Positions 8,851-16,874 of a stretch of 64,000 bases of DNA are shown here, in pieces. Each line of letters begins with the position of its first letter. The stretch's first letter is position 1. Location: contig CAZWWE010000001.1 in NCBI GenBank assembly GCA_964637295.1, forward strand, positions 20,327 through 84,326, written 5' to 3'. The notes beneath the pieces are model-generated. The model made no database searches. It saw nothing but the letters and a program-made list of their open reading frames with translations, and had not been told where the DNA came from. The translations under genes and the position numbers were made by a program. This DNA comes from an uncultured Pseudomonadales bacterium (GTDB lineage: Bacteria; Patescibacteriota; Microgenomatia; UBA1400; PJMF01).

Positions 8851-9540
8851 CTATTTTTTATTTTTCTTCACTAATTTATCTGCAATGATATTTCCATCTT
8901 CTAGCTCTATAATTCTGTCCGCCACTTGTGCATATTCTGGTTCGTGAGTCACCATGACAATAGTCTGACCTTCTTGATTGAGTTTTTTAAAAATTTCTAA
9001 AATTATTTCTGAAGACTCCGTATCCAAATTAGCAGTTGGTTCATCTGCAAACAAAATTTTGGGGTTGTGAGTGATGGATCTAGCAATACTAACCCGTTGT
9101 TGTTGTCCTCCTGAAAGTTGATTGGGTAAGTTATCTGCTTTATCTTCTAGTCCCACTTTTTTCAAAGCTTCTTCAGCTCTCTCCATTGCAGTTTGCTGAT
9201 CAATTCCCTTCATGATCATCGGTAGAGCTATGTTCTCACTAGCAGTCAAAGAAGGTAGGAGTGCATAATCTTGGAAAATATAACCAATATTATTACGACG
9301 AAAAACAATCTTCTGATCTTCTTTGAGAGCAATGATATCGTTTTCATCGATAGATATTTCTCCAGAGTTCGGTCTGTCAAGTAAACTCATTTGATAAAGA
9401 AGAGTACTTTTACCAGATCCTGACTTACCAGTAATAGCCACAAATTGACCTTCTGGAATGCTAAAGATTAGTTCTTTGAGAGCAGTTAGTTCTGTATCTC
9501 CCATCTGGAATTTTTTTATTAAATTTTTGACTTTAATCAT
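8851..9540 (-). CDS. ABC transporter ATP-binding protein (MacB/LolD-like)
   Basis: GKSGSGKS, LSGGQQQR, ADEPTANLD, MVTHE. Confidence 0.92.
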   Translation of the reverse strand: MIKVKNLIKKFQMGDTELTALKELIFSIPEGQFVAITGKSGSGKSTLLYQMSLLDRPNSGEISIDENDIIALKEDQKIVFRRNNIGYIFQDYALLPSLTASENIALPMIMKGIDQQTAMERAEEALKKVGLEDKADNLPNQLSGGQQQRVSIARSITHNPKILFADEPTANLDTESSEIILEIFKKLNQEGQTIVMVTHEPEYAQVADRIIELEDGNIIADKLVKKNKK

Positions 9541-9543
9541 ATT

Positions 9544-10806
9544 TTATTTTCCTAAAATTGAATCGAGAGTGTTTTGTCTAGTTACCAATCTCGCTGGGAT
9601 GAATCCAGATATTAGAGAAGTAATAATTAGAATTATACCCCTAGTTAAAATGTCTCCATTGGTAACAGCCAGTCTTCCTTCTGCGATGGGTAAAACTAAA
9701 GGGTGAATGTCTAAATATGGCTTCAAAAATCCCATAAGAAATAAGCTAGCCAGTAACACTCCAGACAAAGCATAAAACAAAGATTGAATGACATAAGAAA
9801 TCTCAATTGCCTGGGCAGAAATACCAATTCCTTTCAGAATCCCAATATATTTTCTTCTAGTGATGGCATTCACAAAAATAACAATAAAAATCGTAATTGC
9901 TCCCACAATCAAGGCAATAACACCCACCAAGTTACCTAGTAATTTAAAAGTTTTAGTGATATCAGCGCTACTACCAGGCACCGCCTCATCCGCTGTTTGA
10001 ATGGTGATATCTTGATTTTTTTCTAAAATATTTTGTAAATATGATCTGGACTCATTCACTAAATTAGCAGAGGTCAACTTAATGGCAATTTCATTTACAT
10101 CTAAATTCTCTTGATTTTTCATCTCTCTAGCAGCCACATCTACTACAAAAATCCTTGAGTCAATAGTATTATTGCCAGTTCCAACAATTCCTTTAATAAT
10201 AAATTCTTTTTGGGTTTTGCCGACTATGATATTGATCACAGAGCCCACTTCAGCATTTTTTAGTTTTTGTTCTGTACTACTATCAGGCCGATTGGAATAT
10301 TTTTCAAATAAATTTTTACCCACCAAAACTGAGTTAAAATCTGTATCACTTAAATATTCACCCTCAATAACTTTTTTTGATAAATCTGTCACTTCATTCT
10401 CTTGCGCAAAATTTATCCCGGTCAAAACAGCTTGTGAGTTTTCTACGATATCGGTTGTTTCTGTTCGAGTACGATGACCGTATTCAACTTTAGCAGGGGT
10501 AGTTATTCTAAGTGTGTAACTGTCTAAATTTGGAATTGTTTCAACCGCAGAAGTAATATCTTGGGTTTGTTCAATAATTGATTTTTCAGTACTTGGAGTA
10601 ATAAAAAGATCTGCTGAGTAATATTGTTTAAATGAACCAATCATGCCTTGAGCTAGACCTAGCAGTAGTCCTCCGATCAAGACCATGTTTAAAAAGGTTA
10701 AAGACATTACAAAAATAATCAGTAGTGTAGTCCAAGGATTGCTGCGTTTTAAATCCCTGATTGCTAAAAAACGGCCGACAGTAAATGATGCATTTGTTTT
10801 ATTCAT
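9544..10806 (-). CDS. ABC transporter permease (MacB/FtsX-like)
   Basis: TM1, large extracellular loop, three TMs with RRKYIGILKGIG and FIPAR. Confidence 0.9.
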   Translation of the reverse strand: MNKTNASFTVGRFLAIRDLKRSNPWTTLLIIFVMSLTFLNMVLIGGLLLGLAQGMIGSFKQYYSADLFITPSTEKSIIEQTQDITSAVETIPNLDSYTLRITTPAKVEYGHRTRTETTDIVENSQAVLTGINFAQENEVTDLSKKVIEGEYLSDTDFNSVLVGKNLFEKYSNRPDSSTEQKLKNAEVGSVINIIVGKTQKEFIIKGIVGTGNNTIDSRIFVVDVAAREMKNQENLDVNEIAIKLTSANLVNESRSYLQNILEKNQDITIQTADEAVPGSSADITKTFKLLGNLVGVIALIVGAITIFIVIFVNAITRRKYIGILKGIGISAQAIEISYVIQSLFYALSGVLLASLFLMGFLKPYLDIHPLVLPIAEGRLAVTNGDILTRGIILIITSLISGFIPARLVTRQNTLDSILGK

Positions 10807-10819
10807 GTTTTTGTTTTAA

Positions 10820-12055
10820 CTAATCAGTAACAGCTAAAATTTCTAAACCCTCTGGTAACTCGCTAGCGATCTCTGTCTTTGTCAATCCTTGGTAACCCAA
10901 ATTAACTTTTACTAAATCTTCTTGCTTATTTGCCTTTTTTAAATAAGCCTGATTATCTTGATATAAAATTGCTGAATTGGGCACACTCACCACATCATTT
11001 TTTTCATAAGTGTTAATAGTAATGGTAGCTGTCATGCTCGGTTTAATTTCTGATGAAGTGAAATCAGTTAATTCAATACGAACGTCATAAGTGGTTATCC
11101 CAGCAGTTGTAGTACCGATAGTATCAATTGCTGTAATTTTCCCAGTAAAAATAGTTTTTTTATCTGCATCAAATACTATTTGAGCTTCTTGGCCTTCTTT
11201 GAGACGAATGACATCAATTTCACTAGCCTTAGCAATGATCGAAGGTGTTTCTATGTTGCTTACTAATAGAACCGGTTGACCACCCACTTGACTAGCTACA
11301 CCATCGCCAACACTCTTCAATAAATTGACCACTTTCCCGCTGGCGGGAGAGTATACGGTTTTACTTTTTGTGGCATCCAATGCGAGTTTGGCGGAATTAA
11401 CTAATGCTTGAGCAGAAGCAATGTTTTGGTCGGCCTGTTTATACTGATTTTCTGTATTTTCAAATTCTTTGCGAGTTGTAGTTACCGCTGACTTTATGCT
11501 CTCAATTTCAAGTTGTGTATATGGTTCTTTTGTAGTTGGGTTATCACCACTTTCTGCTAAACGATCGTTCATCAAGTTTAAATTATTTTCAGCATCTAAA
11601 AGTGCTTTTTGTTTGACCCACATGGTAGCATCAGCGGTTTCTTTGGCTTGTTTTGCAGTTTGTAAAGCGGTCACAGCTTGTTGATAATTGGTGTTTGCAG
11701 CAGCCTTTTCATCATCAGAGGCTGTGCTCTCAACATAAAAAAGAGGATCACCTTTTTGCACAGTGTCCTGGTTAGAAACAAAAAATTGAGAAATGACTCC
11801 ATTTGTGGGAGAGAATACCTCTGTTTGAGAGGAAGCATTATAAGTGCCTGTTATTTTTACGGTTTCTGATAACTGACTTTTGTGTATAGTGTAAGTCAAT
11901 CTTTCATCAGGCTGACGAAGAATTACTGATCTCAAAATTAGTAAGCCAATTAGTATTGCTAAAATTATTAGGTAGGAGCGATACTTTTTAATGGAATTCA
12001 TATCTAATTTGATTTTGCTAAATTTATTTTTCATATTTTTGTAAAAAGTCTTCAA
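10820..12055 (-). CDS. Efflux periplasmic adaptor subunit (MacA/HlyD family)
   Basis: SPTNGVI..V.KGDPL and SPASGKV lipoyl halves, coiled coil, IKPSMTA, VPNSAI. Confidence 0.88.
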   Translation of the reverse strand: MKTFYKNMKNKFSKIKLDMNSIKKYRSYLIILAILIGLLILRSVILRQPDERLTYTIHKSQLSETVKITGTYNASSQTEVFSPTNGVISQFFVSNQDTVQKGDPLFYVESTASDDEKAAANTNYQQAVTALQTAKQAKETADATMWVKQKALLDAENNLNLMNDRLAESGDNPTTKEPYTQLEIESIKSAVTTTRKEFENTENQYKQADQNIASAQALVNSAKLALDATKSKTVYSPASGKVVNLLKSVGDGVASQVGGQPVLLVSNIETPSIIAKASEIDVIRLKEGQEAQIVFDADKKTIFTGKITAIDTIGTTTAGITTYDVRIELTDFTSSEIKPSMTATITINTYEKNDVVSVPNSAILYQDNQAYLKKANKQEDLVKVNLGYQGLTKTEIASELPEGLEILAVTD

Positions 12056-12461
12056 AAATGCTTACTACTGTTTCTAAATCCTTTGCTGAAATCGGAGCTA
12101 AAATTTGATTAGCTTTTTGTTCCATTCTTTTCAAAATTGAAGCCAAATGCTCTTCGCCATCACTAGTTAAAGATAAAAGAATTAAGCGACGATCATTCTT
12201 GTCATTTTTCCTAGAAATAAACTTGGATTTGATTAATCTATCAGTCATTTGAGTCAATGCTGATGGGGACATTTGCAATCTTAATGCTAGTTCACTGGCA
12301 GTAATAGGTGAATTTTCCTTAATGGTTTTTAATGTCTGCACTTGCAACATGGTTGGAATATTATCTTCATCACTATCATCCAATGTTTGATCTAGTATCT
12401 TTCTCATTTTCAGCATGGTATTGAAAAACTTAGAAAAATCTTTTTGTTGATTTGTTTTCAT
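12024..12461 (-). CDS. MarR family transcriptional regulator
   Basis: ELALRLQMSPSALTQMTDRL...DRRLILLSLT winged HTH. Confidence 0.92.
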   Translation of the reverse strand: MKTNQQKDFSKFFNTMLKMRKILDQTLDDSDEDNIPTMLQVQTLKTIKENSPITASELALRLQMSPSALTQMTDRLIKSKFISRKNDKNDRRLILLSLTSDGEEHLASILKRMEQKANQILAPISAKDLETVVSIFEDFLQKYEK

Positions 12462-12571
12462 ATTAGGATTGGTTTAAAATTATTTCATGTAATTAATATT
12501 TTATGTCATAAAGTAATTTTGTCAAGACTGTTTTTTTAAAACATAACTCTTGAATTAGTTTAGAAGTGAAT

Positions 12572-12664
12572 CTTCGCAATACCCCGAATGTAAGTTAAAA
12601 TGGCTCTTAGACCTATAACTACCAGAGGTAAATGTGTTGCGGTACAAATCCCTTCTTCCCCGCA
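12572..12664 (+). repeat. Repeat B copy 2 plus degenerate tRNA 3' fragment
   Basis: CTTCGCAA...TAAAATGGCTCTTAGACCTATAACTACCAGAGGTAAATGT then GCGGTACAAATCCCTTCTTCCCCGCA. Confidence 0.92.
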
Positions 12665-12880
12665 TCCTAAGATTTGAACTATAGTGACAGTCACTCAAAA
12701 TATTTTTTTCGTATATCTTGATTAGTCCTCATTTTAATGTTATAATGACGTTACAAACGCACATTAAAATCATGTGGTTTGTGAATGAATCATAGTAAAT
12801 TTATGTATGCTGTTTATTATGATTCATCCACAAGCTATTTGCAGCTCAAAGGATGAAAATCTTTTTGTAGGAGGGCCAAG

Positions 12881-13198
12881 ATGGCCAAGTATTTTTATAA
12901 CGGAAATGGGGATGCACTCCCCACCTCTTATGTAGAGGATGTTCAACAAGAATACAAAGGCACCACCATGGATGGAGATGCGGTCTACCACGTGACGTTT
13001 TTTGACGCACGTCGCCGCAAACACATCTCCTACGATACGGTTGTTTACCGTGGAGAACACGAGTATATCCCTGGCAGTGGTCACGAGCGTGATCATGGCA
13101 GTGAGAATATTTCTCGTTGGGACTCCGGCAATCGTGTAACTTGGCAAGAAGCGCTTCGCAGTCACACTCGCGATTTACTGCCATATAGCAGACGCTAA
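12881..13198 (+). CDS. Hypothetical protein (visibly GC-richer than its surroundings)
   Basis: AGGAGG RBS upstream, 105 aa, followed by a strong hairpin. Confidence 0.7.
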   Translation: MAKYFYNGNGDALPTSYVEDVQQEYKGTTMDGDAVYHVTFFDARRRKHISYDTVVYRGEHEYIPGSGHERDHGSENISRWDSGNRVTWQEALRSHTRDLLPYSRR

Positions 13199-13208
13199 TT
13201 GTCAAAAG

Positions 13209-13232
13209 GGGTCAGCCCGAAAGGGCTGACCC
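13209..13232 (+). terminator. GC-rich hairpin (terminator or RNA-stabilising stem)
   Basis: GGGTCAGCCC-GAAA-GGGCTGACCC, perfect 10-bp stem with GNRA loop; no U tract on the + strand. Confidence 0.55.
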
Positions 13233-13262
13233 AATTCAAAACAAATAGCTTATAATCAAAGT

Positions 13263-13631
13263 ATGTTATTAAAAGAAAACTACTCCTTTATTCATTTTCC
13301 AGTTACCAACAAAAATCCTGAAGAAATACTTTCTCTTTATTCTGAAGAATTCGCAATCAATAAACCAGAAACAATAACTCAGATAAAAACGATATTTGCT
13401 AATGCACTTCGAGATTATTTATCAGGAAAAATTGGAGAGTGGGAGCTAGGATCTCTTGCCTTTTCTTTGTCAGCTGATAAACAATTATCCTCCATAGTTA
13501 AACAAGATCAAAAACTTAGTAAGATTATTTTTGAATGTGTTGATATCAAATGGTTATCTGAAGGAAAAAATTTTGATCAATATAAAAAAGAATTACAAAA
13601 TTTCTTAAATTCTATTACTAGTAATAAATAA
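13263..13631 (+). CDS. Hypothetical protein
   Basis: 122-aa helical ORF; TATAAT just upstream. Confidence 0.65.
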   Translation: MLLKENYSFIHFPVTNKNPEEILSLYSEEFAINKPETITQIKTIFANALRDYLSGKIGEWELGSLAFSLSADKQLSSIVKQDQKLSKIIFECVDIKWLSEGKNFDQYKKELQNFLNSITSNK

Positions 13632-13649
13632 GTAAAGCTTTTTTATACT

Positions 13650-13737
13650 GTCCCATTCGTCCCATTTCAAGATATAATTCTTGTTATAAAAGTTACATTT
13701 ATAACGACGCACGGGTTCCAGACCCATCTGCTCCGCA
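13650..13737 (+). repeat. Repeat C copy 1 (alternative right end) plus degenerate tRNA 3' fragment
   Basis: GTCCCATTCGTCCCATTT tandem motif; TATAACGACGCACGGGTTCCAGAC (13700-13723) then ...TGCTCCGCA. Confidence 0.85.
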
Positions 13738-13835
13738 ACGATCGAAAAGTTCTGACAGACCCGTCTAATACCGCTAAATGGGTTGATGGTGCTTGCTAAT
13801 TTTCCTTAGTTAGAACATTTTTCGCTTTAACAGCC
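13736..13835 (+). repeat. Repeat A copy 3
   Basis: 100-bp match to 8710-8809. Confidence 0.95.
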
Positions 13836-13873
13836 GGTGTAACAAATTAAACCGAGAGTTGTAATCATCTCAA

Positions 13874-14856
13874 ATGAGACTACCAAAGAATTGCGTTTCT
13901 TTATTAGAAAAAGCTCGAGACTCAGCAACGCAAGCAATTTCTAAATATAATGACCCAAGAAGCATATTTAGAACGGGGAACTTCTCGGTTCTCATGATTA
14001 TAGCTTGGACAGCATTGCTTCATGCCTATTTTGAAAAAAATAAAACTAAGTACTTTTACAAAAAGAATCAATACAGATATCAAATAATTGATGGCGAAAA
14101 AAAGCTTGGGATTTGCAAAAGTGCTTGAATGAAATTTTTGATGAAAATAATCCCATACGTAAAAATATCGAGCTCTTCATAAGGTTAAGAAATAAGATTG
14201 AGCATAGAAATTTACCCGGTCTTGATCCTGAACTTGTCGGTGAATCACAGGCACTTGTTTTAAACTTTGAAGAATGGATAGCTCAAGAATTTGGTGAGAA
14301 ATATTCATTATTGGAAACTATTTTTGTTCCAATTCAATTAACTTCTGCTCAGAGATCTCTTCCAAAAACTAAAATTGAAGAAAATGTTCTCAAGTTCATT
14401 CAAACTTATAGGAATGTTCTTGAGACAAATGTCATAAATTCGCTAAAGTACACTTTCAAAGCTTATCTCGTTCCCAAGATTGGTAACCACAGAACCTCAT
14501 CAGATATGGCTATTGAATTTGTAAAATATGATGAAAGCAATCCTGAGGAGATAGAAAAATACAACAAGGCTATTGTTGCAATAAAAGAAAAAGTTATTCC
14601 TGTTGCAAACCTGAATCACTACAAACCAACTCAGGTGTTAGAGAAATTGGTAGAACGTGATTTTAGCAAAAACCAACACTGGCACGTGACTATGTGGAAA
14701 AAGTATAAGGTCGGGCCAGAACCAAATGCGATTAATAAATCAAACTGCAAATCAGAATACTGTATTTATGATAGCGCTCATTCTGATTATTTATACACTG
14801 ATGCTTGGATAGACATGCTCATTGCAGATCTTCAAGGAAAAATGAATCTCTTGTAA
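13874..14856 (+). CDS. DUF3644-like HEPN-motif protein split by a -1 frameshift (two ORFs in the track)
   Basis: LLEKARDS..AI..YN.P...F..LM.IAWTALLHA; RNKIEH (Rx4H); the frames join at A AAA AAG 14098-14104 to give DGEKKAWDLQKCL. Confidence 0.78.
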
Positions 14857-14928
14857 AGAGAAAGAATTATTTATCCTGGAAATATAATAACTAATGATTG
14901 CGCAAAACAAAACACTCCTTTTTTATAA

Positions 14929-15096
14929 GGTCACATTTGTCTCATTTTTTCTCCGTTAGCCTGGTGATACAATTGATCATTGACGCGACTTTCTAGGTCT
15001 CATTTGTCCCGTTTTTGCTAAAATTACTCTAGAAGCCAGATTTTGGGAATGGGACAGCTATAACGACGCACGGGTTCCAGACTAGGATGCTCCGCA
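14929..15096 (+). repeat. Repeat C copy 2 plus degenerate tRNA 3' fragment
   Basis: GTCACATTTGTCTCATTT, GTCTCATTTGTCCCGTTT and inverted AATGGGAC; TATAACGACGCACGGGTTCCAGAC (15059-15082) identical to 13700-13723; ends TGCTCCGCA. Confidence 0.85.
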
Positions 15097-15137
15097 ACAA
15101 TCGAAAAGTTCTGATAAACCCGTCTAATATCGTTAAA
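15095..15137 (+). repeat. Repeat A copy 4 (3'-truncated)
   Basis: CAACAATCGAAAAGTTCTGATAAACCCGTCTAATATCGTTAAA, after which similarity is lost. Confidence 0.88.
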
Positions 15138-15239
15138 AGTTTGATTTATTAGTTTTCATATAGAAATTTGATAAATGGTGAATAATAAAGTATCTAAAAA
15201 CTATATGTCTGTGTTATTATAACTAAGAAAAATATATCT

Positions 15240-16211
15240 ATGAAAACATTTGTTGTTATACCCACTATTAGAAATCTCGATATTCTGAAAAGTTGGGCAG
15301 AGGAGCTGGCTGCATGCCACCTTATTGTTATCGAAGATCATGATAATAAGGAGATTAGAATTCCAGAAGTTAAGTGTTTGAGTATTCAGCATTATTCCAG
15401 AATCGATATCAAAAAAGAATTTGGAAATGATTCTTGGATCTTTCCTCAACAATCTTCAGCTATTAGATCGTTTGGATTTTGGAAAGCATACTCACAAAAA
15501 GCTGATCTTATTGTTACTTTCGACGACGATTGCGCTCCAAAAACACTTGATTTTATTAGAAAACATCAAGAAAATATTGCGTCAACATTTTCACACTCAT
15601 GGATACCAACGTATCCCTATCGAAAGTATTTGTTCACGAGAGGATTTCCTTACACGAATAGAAAAGAAATGCCGACAAAACTTAGTCACGGACTCTGGAC
15701 CAATGTTCCTGACCTTGATGGTATGACACAAATCATGAAATTTGATAAACCTGTAACAAATCTACCAGACGTTTTATACCAATTTCCTAGAAGTATGTAT
15801 TTTCCAATGAGCGTAATGAATCTTGCCTTCACGAGCGACGTTGCGGTATTACTTTATCAATTATTAATGGGCTATAGTATAAAAGATGGTAAATACTGGG
15901 GCTACGAAAGATTTGATGATATTTGGTCAGGTATCTTTATGAAAAAGGTGTTTGATCATTTAGAATTTGCTGCCGTCAGTGGCTCTCCCTATGTTTATCA
16001 TTCTAGAGCTTCAAGCATGTTTGCAAATTTACAAAAAGAAGCACGAGGCATTGAGCTAAACGAAACTCTCTGGAAAGAAGTAGACGCTATTAAGCTTAAA
16101 TCAAATACTCCTAAAGAGTGTTACATTGAAATTGCTAAAAAAATGAGTAAAATAAATCCATATTTTAAAACCACTACCAAAGCAATGCAGATATGGGCAG
16201 AACTATTTTAA
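15240..16211 (+). CDS. Reversibly glycosylated polypeptide / UDP-arabinopyranose mutase-like protein (GT75)
   Basis: VIPTIRNL..L..W, SAIRSFGF, TFDDDC, SHGLW.NVPD.D, MNLAF, RFDDIWSG, H.RAS..F.NL.KE..GI. Confidence 0.85.
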   Translation: MKTFVVIPTIRNLDILKSWAEELAACHLIVIEDHDNKEIRIPEVKCLSIQHYSRIDIKKEFGNDSWIFPQQSSAIRSFGFWKAYSQKADLIVTFDDDCAPKTLDFIRKHQENIASTFSHSWIPTYPYRKYLFTRGFPYTNRKEMPTKLSHGLWTNVPDLDGMTQIMKFDKPVTNLPDVLYQFPRSMYFPMSVMNLAFTSDVAVLLYQLLMGYSIKDGKYWGYERFDDIWSGIFMKKVFDHLEFAAVSGSPYVYHSRASSMFANLQKEARGIELNETLWKEVDAIKLKSNTPKECYIEIAKKMSKINPYFKTTTKAMQIWAELF

Positions 16212-16329
16212 AAATTTAGTTGAAAATGTGATAGATTGATATTGATACATTTGCTATTTGATTGTTTTGGCTTAAAAAAAATATCAGTTCTTCTTTTGTT
16301 TGCTAATAGCTTAATATTTGTCATATAAA

Positions 16330-16850
16330 ACATGTGAAACTAACATTTGCTGTTTTTCCAGCTAAAAGAAGCGCTGTTTTTTACGGCAGCAAGTCTTAAA
16401 AAATAATCAAATATAATTCCAATTTCTTTTCGTCCTCACAAATGTCGCAATATGGAAACCAACCCACTTGTACTAATAAAGATCTGTCGCCTTAGAAAGG
16501 CTTCATTAGTTTGAGTAAAGAAAGAATCTATCCAATCCTAAAAAAGTATTGTGCAAAGTTAAAACTAGCTTTACCTGCTACGTCTACGATTAGAAAAAAA
16601 TAATTACTAAGAATCATCTTTCCTTTTCCAAAGCTAACTACTGATAGCACAATCCAAATAGAAAACAACTAGATCTGAGCAAGAGATCTAGAGTCAAGTA
16701 CGCTCCAAAACCAGAGATTGGCGGTCATGTTGAATTAGATACAATTGAAATTAGAATCACCAATGTTAAACGCTATAACAGAAATAGCCATTGATATCAA
16801 ATTAAAAATTGCCTATGCTCAAACTTTCAAAATTTATTTTTTGATGCACT
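16330..16850 (+). pseudogene. Degraded rve-type (IS481-like) transposase remnant; boundaries approximate
   Basis: Frameshifted fragments RPHKCRNMETNPLVLIKICRLRK / LSKERIYPILKKYCAKLKLALPATSTIRK / RVKYAPKPEIGGHVELDTIEIRITNVKRY / AIDIKLKIAYAQTF. Confidence 0.7.
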
Positions 16851-16874
16851 TCAAATTAATACAAATGCGAAAGT

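Larger units (their letters stand above)
6955..15137 (+). mobile_element. Tandem array of integrase-less cassettes at the tRNA-Ser(GCT) 3' end (last unit probably continues to about 19.2 kb)
   Basis: Repeating order: tRNA-3'-like core, repeat A, cargo, repeat B or C, core; junctions at about 8.7, 12.65, 13.73 and 15.09 kb. Confidence 0.8.

Noticed and set aside
12824-13205. Minus-strand ORFs 12824-13165 and 12846-13205
   Set aside because: Shadows of the plus-strand ORF 12881-13198, which has a strong RBS and a downstream hairpin
6955-15137. Repeats A/B/C as a CRISPR array
   Set aside because: Repeats are about 60-100 bp and separated by kilobases of genes, not by 30-40-nt spacers; no cas genes are present
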